Shown in pieces: positions 1 through 12,819 of a stretch of 64,000 nucleotides of DNA (position 1 is its first letter; each line of letters opens with the position of its first letter). The position numbers and the translations under genes were made by a program. The stretch is from Rhizophagus irregularis. Lineage: Eukaryota. The notes under the pieces are model-generated. The model searched no databases and had not been told where the DNA came from. It worked only from the letters and a program-made list of their open reading frames with translations. The stretch spans positions 2,604,001 to 2,668,000 of the forward strand of contig NC_089433.1 of NCBI RefSeq assembly GCF_026210795.1, read 5' to 3'.

Positions 1-557
1 AACTTTTCGTGTATATATAGAAAATCGTGCTTACACAAAGTCATATGAGTGATTGTAATACTGTGTCAATCACGTGAGTGACTAAATTTTTCATGGCACG
101 GTTACGGCTACATTTACAATATTTTACATCTATATTTGGAATACAATATATATTTAGATATTCAATAAACATATTTAGTCATACAGAAGATAATAAATTT
201 TTCTAGAGTAATTTTGTATAATCATAATAAAATTCAGATAATTTATTACTCATTAGAAATTAATATAATAGATAACATTTATATTTATTTCCGCAAATCA
301 TCTAGTATAATCTATTACTATATAAAATATGAAATATAAAGAAAATTTATACAAATATCCCATCCTATTGATAATAACCAATTAAACGTGATTTGTCAAT
401 TTTCAGTAGAACATTTGTCTACATGTGTAGGTTTGCATTGCTCACCACTTAGCAAAAGTTAGACAGTATTATTTATATTAAATCATTTAAATTTATAAAA
501 AAAAAATATTATAATTTATATTATTATCCTGACTAAAAATACTAAAAAAATTATATA

Positions 558-1019
558 TGGTGCCAGAAGTCTATATTTAACAATAAAAATGTAACACTCA
601 ACTTCTTAAAAAAATACAATTTAGAAAAAATAAACTGATAACTTTATTCTTTAAGATAAGCTCTATCAAATTATTGGTCAGATTTTTAAAAGAAGAAAGT
701 TATAAGCATTTGAAATTGCATGATTTTCATATGATCAGTTCAAATTAAAACAAAATGTATTGACCAGAATTTATGATAATTCAGACTGATTCCATGCATT
801 GTAATAATGCCAGCCAGAATTATCATAATCTGAAATGAATGTAATTTTTTAAAAAAATTTTTATTTTAGAAATCCACTTTTCTTATGTTTTATCTTGTTT
901 GTAATAAAAATTTTCAAAAACTGCATTTTATTAGTACTTTATATAAAAAATTATAGGTTTTTATTAGCTGAATTTCAGAACAAAATTACATAATTGTTAA
1001 GTATAAATTTCTGGCACTA
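558..1019. repeat. Degenerate inverted-repeat-bounded TE remnant
   Basis: ggtgccagaagtctatatttaacaat (~559) is an imperfect inverted copy of attgttaagtataaatttctggcacta (~993-1019); no TSD verified. Confidence 0.4.
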
Positions 1020-1393
1020 TAATTATATTATATTTTGGAAATCCATCAGAAAGTCACATCAGTAACATAACTAAATCACTAATTTTTTTGTTTATGTTTA
1101 TACATAGATTTTTTTTACAAGTTTAATTTATTACACTTTCTTTTTTTTTAATTTTAAAGATACTTTATTTTCATTAATAAATACTAATTGCTAAAAAATA
1201 TTTGTTTTAGTTAAAAAATAATTTTTGTTTCAAAAAAAATATATCTTTATTTTTTGTTAAAAAAAAATAACTTTATAAATACTTGTTTCATTAAAAAACA
1301 CTTTATAAATACTGTTTTATTAAAAAAAATACTTTATTTTCATTAAAAAAATAATAAAAATACTTTTTTTTAGTTAAAAAACTACCTTAAAAG

Positions 1394-1544
1394 TAGAGCT
1401 CCTAATGAGTCGAGTTGAGTCAAGTCACAAGTCAAAAACCTTAATTTTAAAGTACTTTTTATTAAGTTAGAATATAATTAAACAAAAATTTACAATTATG
1501 CGAGTCAAAAATATGAGTTTATGCAAGTCATTTTCGGAGCTCTA
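1394..1544. mobile_element. hAT-type MITE (151 bp)
   Basis: TIR tagagctcc...ggagctcta; perfect 8-bp TSD cttaaaag (1386-1393/1545-1552); GAGTC/AAGTC subterminal repeats. Confidence 0.9.
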
Positions 1545-2048
1545 CTTAAAAGTATTTATTTTGTTAAAAAATACTTTATGAATATTTGTTTTATTAAAAA
1601 ATAATTTAAAATACTTTGTTTTTATTTATGGCAATTTCTATTTGTATACGGGATATTTAAACACGGGTCATATTAGTAGATTAAAAACGGCATTCAAAAC
1701 CAGTGCTTAAAATAGAAATCAAATTTTACCGGCCTAAGAATCCGGGAATGAAAATATTTTCTGCGACAAAGCGCATCCGAATTTCATAAAATTTACCGAC
1801 TTATAAATTTGAGTATTGCTAAAGCTCACCGGTGGTGATTCTCACTGGTGGTGATTTTCACCAGCGGTGATTTTCACCGAATTATAACTTCGGCCAGAAT
1901 TAATATACTTAAATGATTTAACAAAATAATGTGCAAAAGTATCGAATTATAAACAAAAAAATTGAATAAATGCAAAATTTAAGTCTTTAATTATTTCAAA
2001 ATTTACAAATTAGTTGCATATTTGTAAGCATAAACTAAGAACATTCGG

Positions 2049-5000
2049 TTATTTGGTTCTTGCTCTAACACCTTTCTTTTTAAGTTCACAACTACGGGTA
2101 TTATGTCCGTTACCTTTACAATAACTACATATGTACTTAGTTTGACGAATAGGAATTTCAGGTTGTAATTCGCTTCTAGATTGCTTGTTTGGCGCTTTAA
2201 CATTCAATCTACATAATAATTAATTGATTACTTAAGTTCAATAAATTAATACTTATTAGATAAGTTTTTACTTACTTCATCATATCTTGTCTATTCTTAT
2301 TATTATTGTATTTAATAGTAGTGTTTTTCAACGCGTTCTTTACACGCTTCTTTAGAGCACCTTTTGTACGCGCCTGATGGGGGTTGCTAATATTTGGAAG
2401 ATTTTCTTTAAACCCAATTGTACATCCCTGCTGCTTATCACAAATTTCTCTTTCTTTTTTTCTTATCCAGCTTTGCAAAATCTCATTTATTTCGTTTTCA
2501 CAACCCAATTCAAGAGACATTCCAATTGCTTTTTTTGCATACCCAAAACCCTCATTATATTTAGCTTTATGAGACAGATTCTGCTTCACAGTTTCTGAAA
2601 ATAGTTGCATATGACGAATTTCATTTAGTATATCAAAATTCACCCTAATTTGGTGTTCATATACAAGTTTGTCATCATCTGGCGCATTTTTTTTGCTGCA
2701 AATTGCGATTGCAAGTTCTTCTTGAGTGCTAGAAAAAATATCATTATACCATCGAGCTGGAATGAGTCCAATATGGAACATAGCCATATCCGAATTAAAC
2801 ATCACTGAAAAGAAGTGACGGCAAACAAGCCCTCTTATTACGAGCCACATGCATGTACACAAATGATTAGCATTACCATATAATACCACGAAATGTTCTT
2901 TATTTTTTTCGATAGTTGTTACACTCCAAACTTCTTGAATAACAGTATGGCCAAGATATAAAATTAAGGAACGTAAGTTTGACAGTTTTGATTCATAATC
3001 ATCTTCAGCAAACTTAACTTTGCTATCTTTCTGTTTCATTCTACTTTTCTCAACTCCTTCATTGTCAAATCGTCCTTGTTCTTGCTCTTTATCATCAGAG
3101 CGTTTCCATTCATCATCATCACATCGTACATATTCATTATCGTCAAATTGTTTCTGATTAGACTGTTTCCATTCATTATCATATTGATCCCGCTCTTCTT
3201 CATAAGATTGATCCCATTTTTCATCGTCAGATTGATCCCATTCTTTATCATCAGATTGATCCCGTTCTTCTTCATCATATTGATCCTGCTCTTCTTCATC
3301 AGATTGATCCCGTTTTTCATCGTCAGATTGATCCCGTTCTTCATCATCAGATTGATCCCGTTCTTCATCAAATTGTTCCCATTCTTTTTCGTCAGATTGT
3401 TCTTGTTCTTTTTCTTTAGTTTGTTCCCGTTCCTCTTCTTCATATCGTTCCCGTTTTTTACCTTTAGATCGTTCATTATATTCTTGATTTTCGTTTCGAC
3501 TAGATGTACTATTTGTTTTTTCATCAAAATCATAAGCCTAAACGAAATGAATAATAGATAAGTATGAAGTATTAATGTAATTAGAAGTAATGATTAGTTA
3601 GGTTTTAGTGTTTTGTAAATAAAATCGTAAATAAAGAAAAATCGCAAGCTTAAAAATCAATAAATTAATTTATTTTGTATGTTATAGACTTGATGGCTTG
3701 CATATCCAAAAAACAATAATAAATTAATTTCTTGACTTCATACCTTATGTTCAAGTAAAAGTTCCCAGTTCTCAATTTTTTTCACACGGTAAAGTAAGCT
3801 TTCATTCATCTGGTGACGTTGCATTTTTAAAACATGTGGCGTAAGATATTTTTTGATGATACTATCAACTCGCTTGAAATATCTTTCAATAATATTAGGT
3901 AAACCAACTCTTGGATTTTGATTAATTTGTTCTTCCAGCCGCTCAAATTTTTCTTCCTTATCAAGCTGTAATTGAATTTGAGTATCTAGTTCGTATAATG
4001 TTGTGGATCTTCCAACGGATTTTTTAATTAATGCATTGTAACTTTCGACACGTTGCGTCGATTGTACACCTGCATTAAATGATCGATGTGTGAAACATAA
4101 GGCCCAACCAGTCACATCAGTTCCTAATGCACGTTCAAGATATTTCTGTGCTTCTGGATAGTTTGTGAGAAGCTCATGCCACCGTTTTTGAAATTCTTCC
4201 TCAGAGAAGCTGTTTCGGCATTTATTCCATTCTTTTATAAAATCATTATATTTTTTATGAAGCTTCCCTTTTAAATTCTTCTCAAGATTTTTTCGTAAAT
4301 GCCAAATGCAATAGTTATATTTTGTTGATGGAAGAGTCTCATGAATAGCGGCAACCATACCAGCATCTGCATCTGTAAACAATACTCTTGGTGCAAGACC
4401 ATTTGTGGCACATAAAAGACATTCAAGAATCCACTGATAAGTATCCTTAGTTTCATCTGAAACTACAGCCGTAGCAGCCATTCTTGATCTTGCATGATTA
4501 TCAATAACAATTGTAAGGGACAAGTACATTCGATACTTGTTTGTCTGAGATGTATTATCGTTTATCGCAACATCATGAAACTTTTGCCATAATTCAATTT
4601 GGGATGGCCTCATCCAGAAAAGACCGGTAAGATGATTATCATCACCCTCTACTCTTGCTTCTACAAACTAGCCATTATCTTCACGTTGCATTTTCATTAA
4701 CTTATCATATGTTTCAGCAGCATCAGTTTTTATTAGTTTTTGATCACATCAAAAAAGACAAATTGCATTATATACATTTTTGGGGTGAATTGTTGTATCA
4801 GGAAACCGTTTTTGAAGCATGCGAATTATTGGACCTGCTCCACAGCCAATATTAACAAGAAATTCTATTTCTTCAAGCATTTCTGGGTTGAGACAGCGAT
4901 CTAATGTTATGTTTCTATTCCCGTTTCCATATAGTGGGTGATTGTGTTCTTTGTGTATAGAAGTAATTCGTATAATACCTTTATTATAGTTAAGATTAAC

Positions 5001-5393
5001 CTTCCATGAGCATTTTATCTTCACACTATCCCGTTCACGGGTTTCTTCTATATCAGCTCTTTTCTTTGCGCAATATTCACCTGAATTTTGGCACTCAAAA
5101 GTTCGACGTATAACTTCACCATGACTATTTTTTTCAAGACGATGTTTTACAACTCCAAATCCAACTACCTTTGAATAAATTTTAACTTGTTTTTCAGCTA
5201 ATTCCCAATCTTCAAATGTATCACCTTTTTCTAAACCAAGTATTGCACATTTTTTGTTAGAATCTTCAATACTTGAACTTGACAAAGTGCTTTCACTCTC
5301 AAAATCTTCTTGTAGCTTGTTAACATCTGAAATCTCCTCCTCTTCTGAGGAATATACATCAAAAATGGAACGTTTGTGCATATTTTTATCCAT
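2049..5393 (-). pseudogene. MULE/FAR1-family transposase pseudogene (FAR1 - MULE DDE - acidic repeat - SWIM - CCHC knuckle)
   Basis: Exons 5393-3744, 3537-2276, 2208-2049 splice in frame; motifs INDNTSQTNKY, FTDAD, YCIWH, STQRVESYN, SWIM CTC..GLVCRH, CSYCKGNGHNTRSC; in-frame stops TGA 4751-4749 and TAG 4670-4668. Confidence 0.9.
3170..3430 (-). repeat. 24-bp coding tandem repeat (DDEERDQS-like) in MULE exon 2
   Basis: Repeated gatgaagaacgggatcaatctgat on the minus strand, in frame with the SWIM exon. Confidence 0.85.
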
Positions 5394-5767
5394 TCTGGTA
5401 CTTTGTAACTCTGTGATTAAAGTATTTCTGTGATTGTGATTAAATAAAATAAAAAAAAGAAAACACGTATAAATTTGTTTTAATTATACATATTCTTCGT
5501 TGTAATTTGCCAATTTTGGCATCAATACTGATGATGGTCACGATGTTTCACATAGTCACGCATATCACATTATCACGTATTTATATTTAGTCAAACTTGT
5601 AACACATACGCATAATCACATGATTTAATTATACCGGCGAAAATCACCACCGGTGATTTTTTGACATTCTTTTTAAGTAATTATAAATTATAAAAAAAGT
5701 GCATTGCAATATTGCAATACAATTTTTATATTATTAAAATCATATAAAAAATGAGTTGCGATATTGC

Positions 5768-8593
5768 TTAATCAGTGCAAGGATATTATTAAAAGATATA
5801 ATAAAACAATTAGCTTCAAACAAATAATGGATTTGCAGATGAAATATATATATAATCACGTGATCATTCCTCGTGTTGATTATAAAGCACAATTGTTAGT
5901 TTGGACAAATTCTCAAACAGAAAAATTAAATTCTACTTGTAGATATATGTTTAAAAGAAAAGCGTCATTGCCACTTACTACTCCTAATAGTATTATACAT
6001 TCATCATTGATTACGCTATTAAAGATATTAATACGATTCAAGCTCAAAGACAGTTAAGTAGATTATATAATCAAGTGATATCAAAGGGTATGATGAAAGA
6101 TATTTTTGAAATAGATTGTAAACAATTGCAAAGTGAATTATTGTCTAATAAATCTCCATTAGCAACATAGAATATCAGTCTGAAAGACTTACAAGTAAAA
6201 CACTGTTTATTAGCTCATGTTTTAGCACTTTTATACGACAATATGTTAACCATAAAATCAAGTGGTGTGAAAGTTAATCAGATTCAAGGGGGATTATTAC
6301 CAATAGTAGAAATATGTACACATAAAGAAATATTTTCAAATGGAATTAGTAAGGGACTGAAAGGAAAAAATGTTTATTTCGTTAGTCAGTTGATGTCGTC
6401 AGATGGTATACGTCTTCTGAGATATAAAGATTTAAAATACAGGACTAAGATAAATACACAGGGTAGATCCCTCGTTGGTTCAAGTTTATAGAAACCAAAC
6501 TTATTAAAGATCCTTTAAAATCTAAGAAAGTGAAAACTGATTATCAATTAGGATATAATATACATAGTGTAAATACAAAAATTGATAATTTAAAAACAAA
6601 AAATTGGATAACAACCTTTCATGATCAAACAGGTAAACCTATAATAGGACGTGTTTTAGATAATCCAAATGAGGACAGAATTCGTATAGAACATTGGATA
6701 CAAGACCTAGAAAATGATCAAATATCACCATCAGTACAGTTACCAATCCTTAAAAAATGTGGAGGATGTGAAGTGAAAACGAATCAGATCAGAAATAAAA
6801 GAAATAACACTAAAGTAAGGTGTATAGCAGATATTAGTATAGAGAATTGTGTTAAAGTTAATGCAAATTCAATTCAAAATGATCGTTATATAGCAGATAT
6901 GGCTATTTACGAGACGTTAGCTCAAGCAGAATGTAAATACTACAGAAAAACATCTATGAATGAATGTATTATTGAAAAAGTGAATGGTTTGTTAAAATAT
7001 ATACATTCAAGTGATTATCGTAATGCGTTAATAATAGAAATTGCAAATAGTTTAATGCAAGAAACTGATATAGAGATTTATACAGATGGGTCAATGAAAA
7101 ATATAGCGACTAACGAAATAATAATGGGTTGTACGTTTGTAATTAGCGCTCCTATAAAGAAAAGTTTTAATTGTGGAATTACAGATAATCCTTCATCTAA
7201 TAAGGCTGAATTAATGGCAGTAATTTTAAGTTAAATAACCTGTCCTAAAGCTGCAAATGTCGAAATATATAGTGATTCTCAATGGGTGGTTAATACATTT
7301 GATGAATTAAATTTTTTAACGATTAAAGATATAGAAAGATTAAAAGTTAATTATAAGGTTTTATGGTTATGTTTATTCAAGATAATTAGGATCTATAGTC
7401 TCAAAGTAAAGATAACTAAAGTTAAAGCGCATAGTGATTGTGATTATAACAAAGAAGCAGATAAACTCGCTAAATCTGATGCTGAGAAAAATGTATTAAT
7501 AATAGAGGATAAATTGTTATTACACAATGGTACGGTTTGTTGGAGAAATATGCCTATAGAACGTAACCCTATCCTTATGATAAAGGGAATAAAGGACGCT
7601 CAATTTATAGAAGAATTCCTAATGCTACACCATAATGAAGTTTATAGACAATCAGATTTATTAAGGTTGATAGATTGGAAAATATAAATCAATATGATAC
7701 ATTGTTTGAGGATCATTATTTACAATCATTTAGGATTAAAAAATTTGCTGTAATGAATTACCAACTTGTGCTAATTTAAAAAAGCGAAAGCCAGATCTAT
7801 ATGATGAAAATTGGAGATGTAATTTTTGTAAAATAGAAGAAGAAACCTTTGACCATTTTTGGAAATGTAGTAAGATTCAAAATGTGGTGCAAGATATACT
7901 CATACGATTAAAAATTTTTTTAGTTAAAATTATACAGGAGTATTCAAGAGAGGATATAGATATACAAGAATTAAAAGTTAAAATTAATGAGCTTGATATG
8001 TGGGATATTGGACGCTTATATGATTTTACATTTTTAATGAAGAATCAAGTTAGTTGTCAGTTAATAGAATTATTAAGGTGCTACAAAATAACTGAAGAAA
8101 AATTGTTGTATAAGGTACTGAAACAAATAACTGGGAAAGTTTTATTAGAATTCAAAGTGCTTATTTGGGAACCAAGGAACGAGTTACAAATAAAGGAAGA
8201 AAAGCAGTGCGGTATTAGCGGTAAGGATAAAAAAGCAAAGTCACATAATAAACGCACTGAAGTGGATGTTAAAAATGTTGGCTGTAATATGTTAGAAAGT
8301 AATTGGAATAAATGGAATGATTTGGCATTCCATCGTGGCGGTCATTAGGCAAATTTTTAGGTAGATCATGACAGTCACCTTTGAATTTAAGGTCGCATCA
8401 TGGTTTTTAACAATGATGTGATCGTTTAGATGACAGGTCGACTTGTTCTTTATGAAAAGTAGTCTTGTTTCATAATGCTTAATTCTTATATGTATTTGTT
8501 TATCTTATATTTTGTAAGTTTATATATGTAAGTAAGCGTGATTATAATAGGACATGATCGCATCTATAATAAAGTATTAAAAAAAAAAAAAAA
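5768..8593 (+). mobile_element. 5'-truncated degenerate non-LTR retrotransposon (LINE): end of RT, RNase H, CCHC finger, 3' UTR, poly(A)
   Basis: RNase H motifs YTDGS, SSNKAEL, YSDSQ, KVKAHS..NKEADKLAK; CNFC..EETFDHFWKC at ~7818-7868; AATAAA 8568-8573; A15 8579-8593; TSD aaaaaatgagttg(c/t)gatattgc 5746-5767/8588-8609; several stops and frameshifts. Confidence 0.92.
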
Positions 8594-8882
8594 TGAGTTG
8601 TGATATTGCGATTCACATTTTTATATTAAATCATATAAAAAGGTGAATTGCAATACCGCAACTCACTTTTTTTATATAAAATCAATATAAAAAAGTGAAT
8701 CGCGATACCGCAACTCACTTTTTTTATATAAAATCAATATAAAAAAGTGAATCGCGATACCGCAACTCACTTTTTTTATATAAAATCAATATAAAAAAGT
8801 GAATCGCGATACCGCAACTCACTTTTTTTATATAAAATAAATATAAAAAAGTGAATTGTGATACTGCAACTCACTTTTTTTT
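8594..8882. repeat. 52-bp hairpin minisatellite (starts ~5690, interrupted by the LINE)
   Basis: Unit aaaaaagtgaatcgcgataccgcaactcactttttttatataaaatcaatat; gtgaa at 8695, 8747, 8799. Confidence 0.92.
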
Positions 8883-8924
8883 ATATTTAGTTATTACTAA
8901 ATTCATAAAATCTATAAATAACTT

Positions 8925-9050
8925 AATCAGGACCAGGTTCAGAAACCAGGTCCAGGACTGGTCCTAACAGGACCTGGTCCGCAGGTCCGTTCAATAGGAC
9001 TTATAGGTCCCAGGACCAGGACCAGACTAGAACCAACCTAACCATCCCTA
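8925..9050. mobile_element. Right end of a hAT-type non-autonomous element
   Basis: Dense GGACC/GGTCC subterminal repeats ending in accatcccta (= TAGGGATGGT, Ac-like terminus); matching left end not found. Confidence 0.7.
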
Positions 9051-10380
9051 ATAATTATAATATAAAAATTTTGATTTTAAGACAAAAAAGTTTTCCATTT
9101 TGAAATTAATATTTTTAAATTATAATTATATTTTTTTTATCTAAAAATACAATAAAATTTACTGTTTCATAAGTTTTTGAAAAAAATCATTTTTTTTATT
9201 TTATTTTTTTATTTAAACTGTTTACAGTAATTCAAAAATAGCAATAAACTCTTTATGATAATTTAAAAATAACAATAACATTTTTATAGTTTTAAAAATT
9301 TTTAAGTAATATATAAATAGGTCATAAAAAATTAGCAAAATTTTACTATTAGTTTTACGTATTTTTTCAAAACCTAATGTATAAAGTAGGTAAAACTTTA
9401 TAATAAATGTAAAATTTAGTAAAATTATATTAAAAATTATATATAATTATGAAATTATAATAAATTCTTATAAAAAAACAGTTATATTAGAGTTGTTGCT
9501 CTCAAAAAGAACTTTAAAAATGTTTTGATTTGACGAAAAAGCCATGTTTCTTCAAAAATAGTACTAATAATTTAGTGAAAAAAAATGGTTCATGTGATCA
9601 GCAGAAAGAGTTTTTTCCCTGTCAATAATATATTGAATTAATATGGTTTAATATTTTTTTTATTAATATTAATAATTAATTTTTTTTGCAAATGGTTTTT
9701 TTTTAATTTTATACCTTTTTTTTTTTAATATTACTAGTATTCACCTGTTGTCTATGATAACGATTAATATGTATTAATAAAATGGCATAATTCCGGCCAG
9801 AATTAAAAGATCTGTAAATAATTTCCTTTTTTGGAAATTCGCATAACTGTCAATTTCCTTTTATGGAATTCTGTATAACCCTAAAATTTCAGTTTTTGCC
9901 GTAAAATTTCCTTTTTTGGTCTTGTGTAATATTGGCAATGAAAGTAGGGTTACACACTTTAAATGACTTATTTATATGGTTAATCTAAACATAACATCCA
10001 TGTGATTGCAGTATTTTTTAATATATAATAATATTAACAGAAAAATTTTGATAATTGCATTCTATTGGATGGATATCGTTTATGATAATTTGTTTGTATA
10101 GTATATAAACTTAATATTAATAAAGTACACTGGCTACTTGAACAAAAGTAGCGGAAATTAACATTTTATTAATTACTTTAAAATTTATATAATAATAATA
10201 TCCGAAATTTTAATATGTAATAATGTAAACAATACAGAATATATATTTAAAATTTTATTGTTCAACTATATTAATTAAAGAAAACTCAGAAAAAAATTTT
10301 AACAATTATCTATATATTATATAATAAAAATAAACAAATAGTCTGATACTGCCAGTTTATTTGGAATTATATATAATAAT

Positions 10381-10602
10381 TAAGGTTGCTTGCCAAAACC
10401 TTCTTAATAACTGCCGAAACCTATACGGAAAATGCCAAAACTATATTAAATCATATTAAAAATCCTGCCGAAACTTTGCCGAAATGCCAAAACCCCTATT
10501 TGCCGAAACTGCCAAAACTCTGCCAAAACTATAGTAAACATATAGTAAAATCTTGCCGAAATTTATCGCAGGATTTTGGAGAGGTTTCGGCAAGCAACCT
10601 TA
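10381..10602 (+). mobile_element. hAT-type MITE, TAAGGTTGC family copy 1
   Basis: TIR taaggttgcttgcc; 8-bp TSD ataataat; GCCGAAA subterminal repeats. Confidence 0.92.
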
Positions 10603-10754
10603 ATAATAATAATAACAGAAATTTTAATATGTGGCAGTACAGGATCTTAATTAGTATATATACATCTAATTTCTTATTTCTAGTTGTTTTTATATGGATT
10701 ATAAAAAAAATTGAGAAAAAATTAAATTTTAAAAACAATAATAGTACTCTTTAC

Positions 10755-11974
10755 TAGAGCTCTGCAACCTGACCTGACAGATCAGGTGACCTGACGGGTT
10801 GATCTGAAATATTCAGGTCAGGTCATCAAATTCATGACCTGATACGAGTCAGGTCAGTGCTAGTCGGTACCTGACTTGACCCATTGACTTGACATATATT
10901 TGGATCAAATAAATTAAAAACACTAAAACTAATAGTTTCAGCATTTTTACATGTAAAATCAAAAGGAAAAATGCTGAAACTAATGATTCTGATGTTTTTA
11001 CATGTAAAATTGAAAAAAAACACTGAAACTAATAGTTTCGGCATTTTTACATGTAAAATAAAAATGAAAAATACCAGAACTAATGATTCCAGCATTTTTA
11101 CATGTAAATTGAAAAAAAAATGCTGAAACTATCAGTTTTGGCATTTTTACATGTAAAATCAAAAAGAAAATCGCTGGAACTAATGATTTCAGCATTTTTA
11201 CATGTAAAATTGAAAAAAATGCTGAAACTAATAGTTTCAGCATTTTTACATGTAAAATCAAAATGAAAAATGCTGGAACTAATGATTCCAGCATTTTTAC
11301 ATATAAATACAAAAAAAAATGCCAAAACTAATAGTTTCGGCATTTTTATATGTAAAATCAAAATGAAAAATGCCAGAACTAATGATTCTAGCATTTTTAC
11401 ATGTAAAATCAAAATAAAAAATGCCAGAACTAATGATTCTGGCATTTTTACATGTAAAATCAAAAAAAATGCTGAAACTATCAGTTTTAGCATTTTTACA
11501 TGTAAAATCAATATGAAAAATGCCAGAACTAATGATTCCGACGTTTTTACATATAAAATTGAAAAAAAATGAAAAATGCTGGAACTAATGATTCCAGCAT
11601 TTTTGCATTTAAGATCAAAAAAAATGCCAAAAAAAATAGTTTCAGCATTTTTATATATAAAAATAAAAGTAAAATGCCAGAACCTGATATTTTTTCAATA
11701 AAAATTAAAAAAAATCTTTTTTTTTAATTAAAAATGTTGAACCTGACGTTTTTTGTATAATTAATAAAAAAAACGTTACAAAACATTTTTTTAATTGAAA
11801 TATTTAATAATAAAACTTCAGGTAACTTGAATTACCCAAAGTGACCTGAATACTTTTAGGTCAAATGGGTCAGGTTGGGTCAGAACAGTTTACCCGACCC
11901 AACCTGACCTAAAAAAAAATTTCAGTTCAGGTTAATCAGGTAACCTAACTTGACCTGACCTGTGCAGAGCTCTA
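10755..11974. mobile_element. hAT-type non-autonomous element with internal minisatellite
   Basis: TIR tagagctctgca; TSD ctctttac/ctttttac; ACCTG subterminal repeats. Confidence 0.9.
10915..11690. repeat. ~50-bp hairpin tandem repeat with two mostly alternating unit types
   Basis: aaaaatgctgaaac-taata-gtttcagcattttt and aaaaatgctggaactaatgattccagcattttt units, each followed by the ttttacatgtaaaa palindrome; about 15 units. Confidence 0.92.
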
Positions 11975-11981
11975 CTTTTTA

Positions 11982-12315
11982 CAGAAACTTTAAGTTTTCA
12001 AGTGATATACTTTCGATATCATTTCGATATTATTTTGATATCATTTCAATATTGATTTAATATCAATACGATATCAAAATAAAATATTATCACTTTAATA
12101 TCAAAATGATATTGAAATAGTATCAAAATGATATCAAAATAATAATAGAAATGACATTGAAATAACATCTTTAAGTTTAATTTAAAGATGTCATTTTGAT
12201 ATCATTTTAATTATCATTTCGATATTATTTCAATATCGATTTAATATTGAAATAATACCATTAAGATAAACTTGACAATATCGATTCTATATTGATTAAA
12301 AATGTTAAGTTTCTG
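11982..12315. mobile_element. TA-flanked MITE with GATATC-rich interior
   Basis: TA|cagaaactt...aagtttctg|TA; many gatatc/aatatc repeats. Confidence 0.7.
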
Positions 12316-12819
12316 TAAAGCTGTTGCTAATTACTAAATTACTTTTTTTAATTAATATAGTTATAGAACTATAAAATTTTGAATATATATTCTTTATTAT
12401 CTATATTATTATATATTAAAATTTCACGTATTATTAATATGTATATTTTTGATTAATTAATAAAATATGATGAATTCCTGCTACTTTTGTCCAAGTAGTG
12501 TATATATAGATTATTAAAAAAAAAAATAATAATTATAGAACTAAAACAAATTATAAATTATATTTTTAATCATTTTTTAAAAATTAAAATCAAAGTTATA
12601 TAATTTTCTTATAACTTGAACTTTATAATTTTAAAAATTAAATTACTGAATATTAAAATATTTGCAAAAAACAATTTTTTGAGTTTTAATAAAAAAGGTG
12701 ATTTTAGTTAAAAATTTATTATAATTTATATATTATTTATATTAACTGAATTTTTTTTTATAAATATTTTTGAGTATTACCAAATATCACCAGCGGTGAT
12801 TGTCATCATATGTAACATA

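Larger units (their letters stand above)
1826..5660 (-). mobile_element. Mutator-like element (MULE); outer termini not resolved
   Basis: Inverted tcaccggtggtgatttt motifs at ~1826-1885 and ~5630-5660 flank the transposase. Confidence 0.75.
10128..12500. mobile_element. Tc1/mariner-like non-autonomous element hosting three nested insertions
   Basis: TA|cactggctacttgaacaaaagtagc ... gctacttttgtccaagtagtg|TA, imperfect TIR with TA flanks. Confidence 0.65.

Noticed and set aside
3036..3561. ORFs 3036..3533 (-) and 3076..3561 (+)
   Set aside because: Shadow frames of the 24-bp acidic repeat in MULE exon 2.
8594..8882. CRISPR-like look of palindromic arrays (also 10915-11690, 32014-32400)
   Set aside because: No unique spacers, no cas genes, eukaryotic context.
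10832..11572. Four overlapping repetitive ORFs
   Set aside because: Translations of the hairpin minisatellite inside a MITE.
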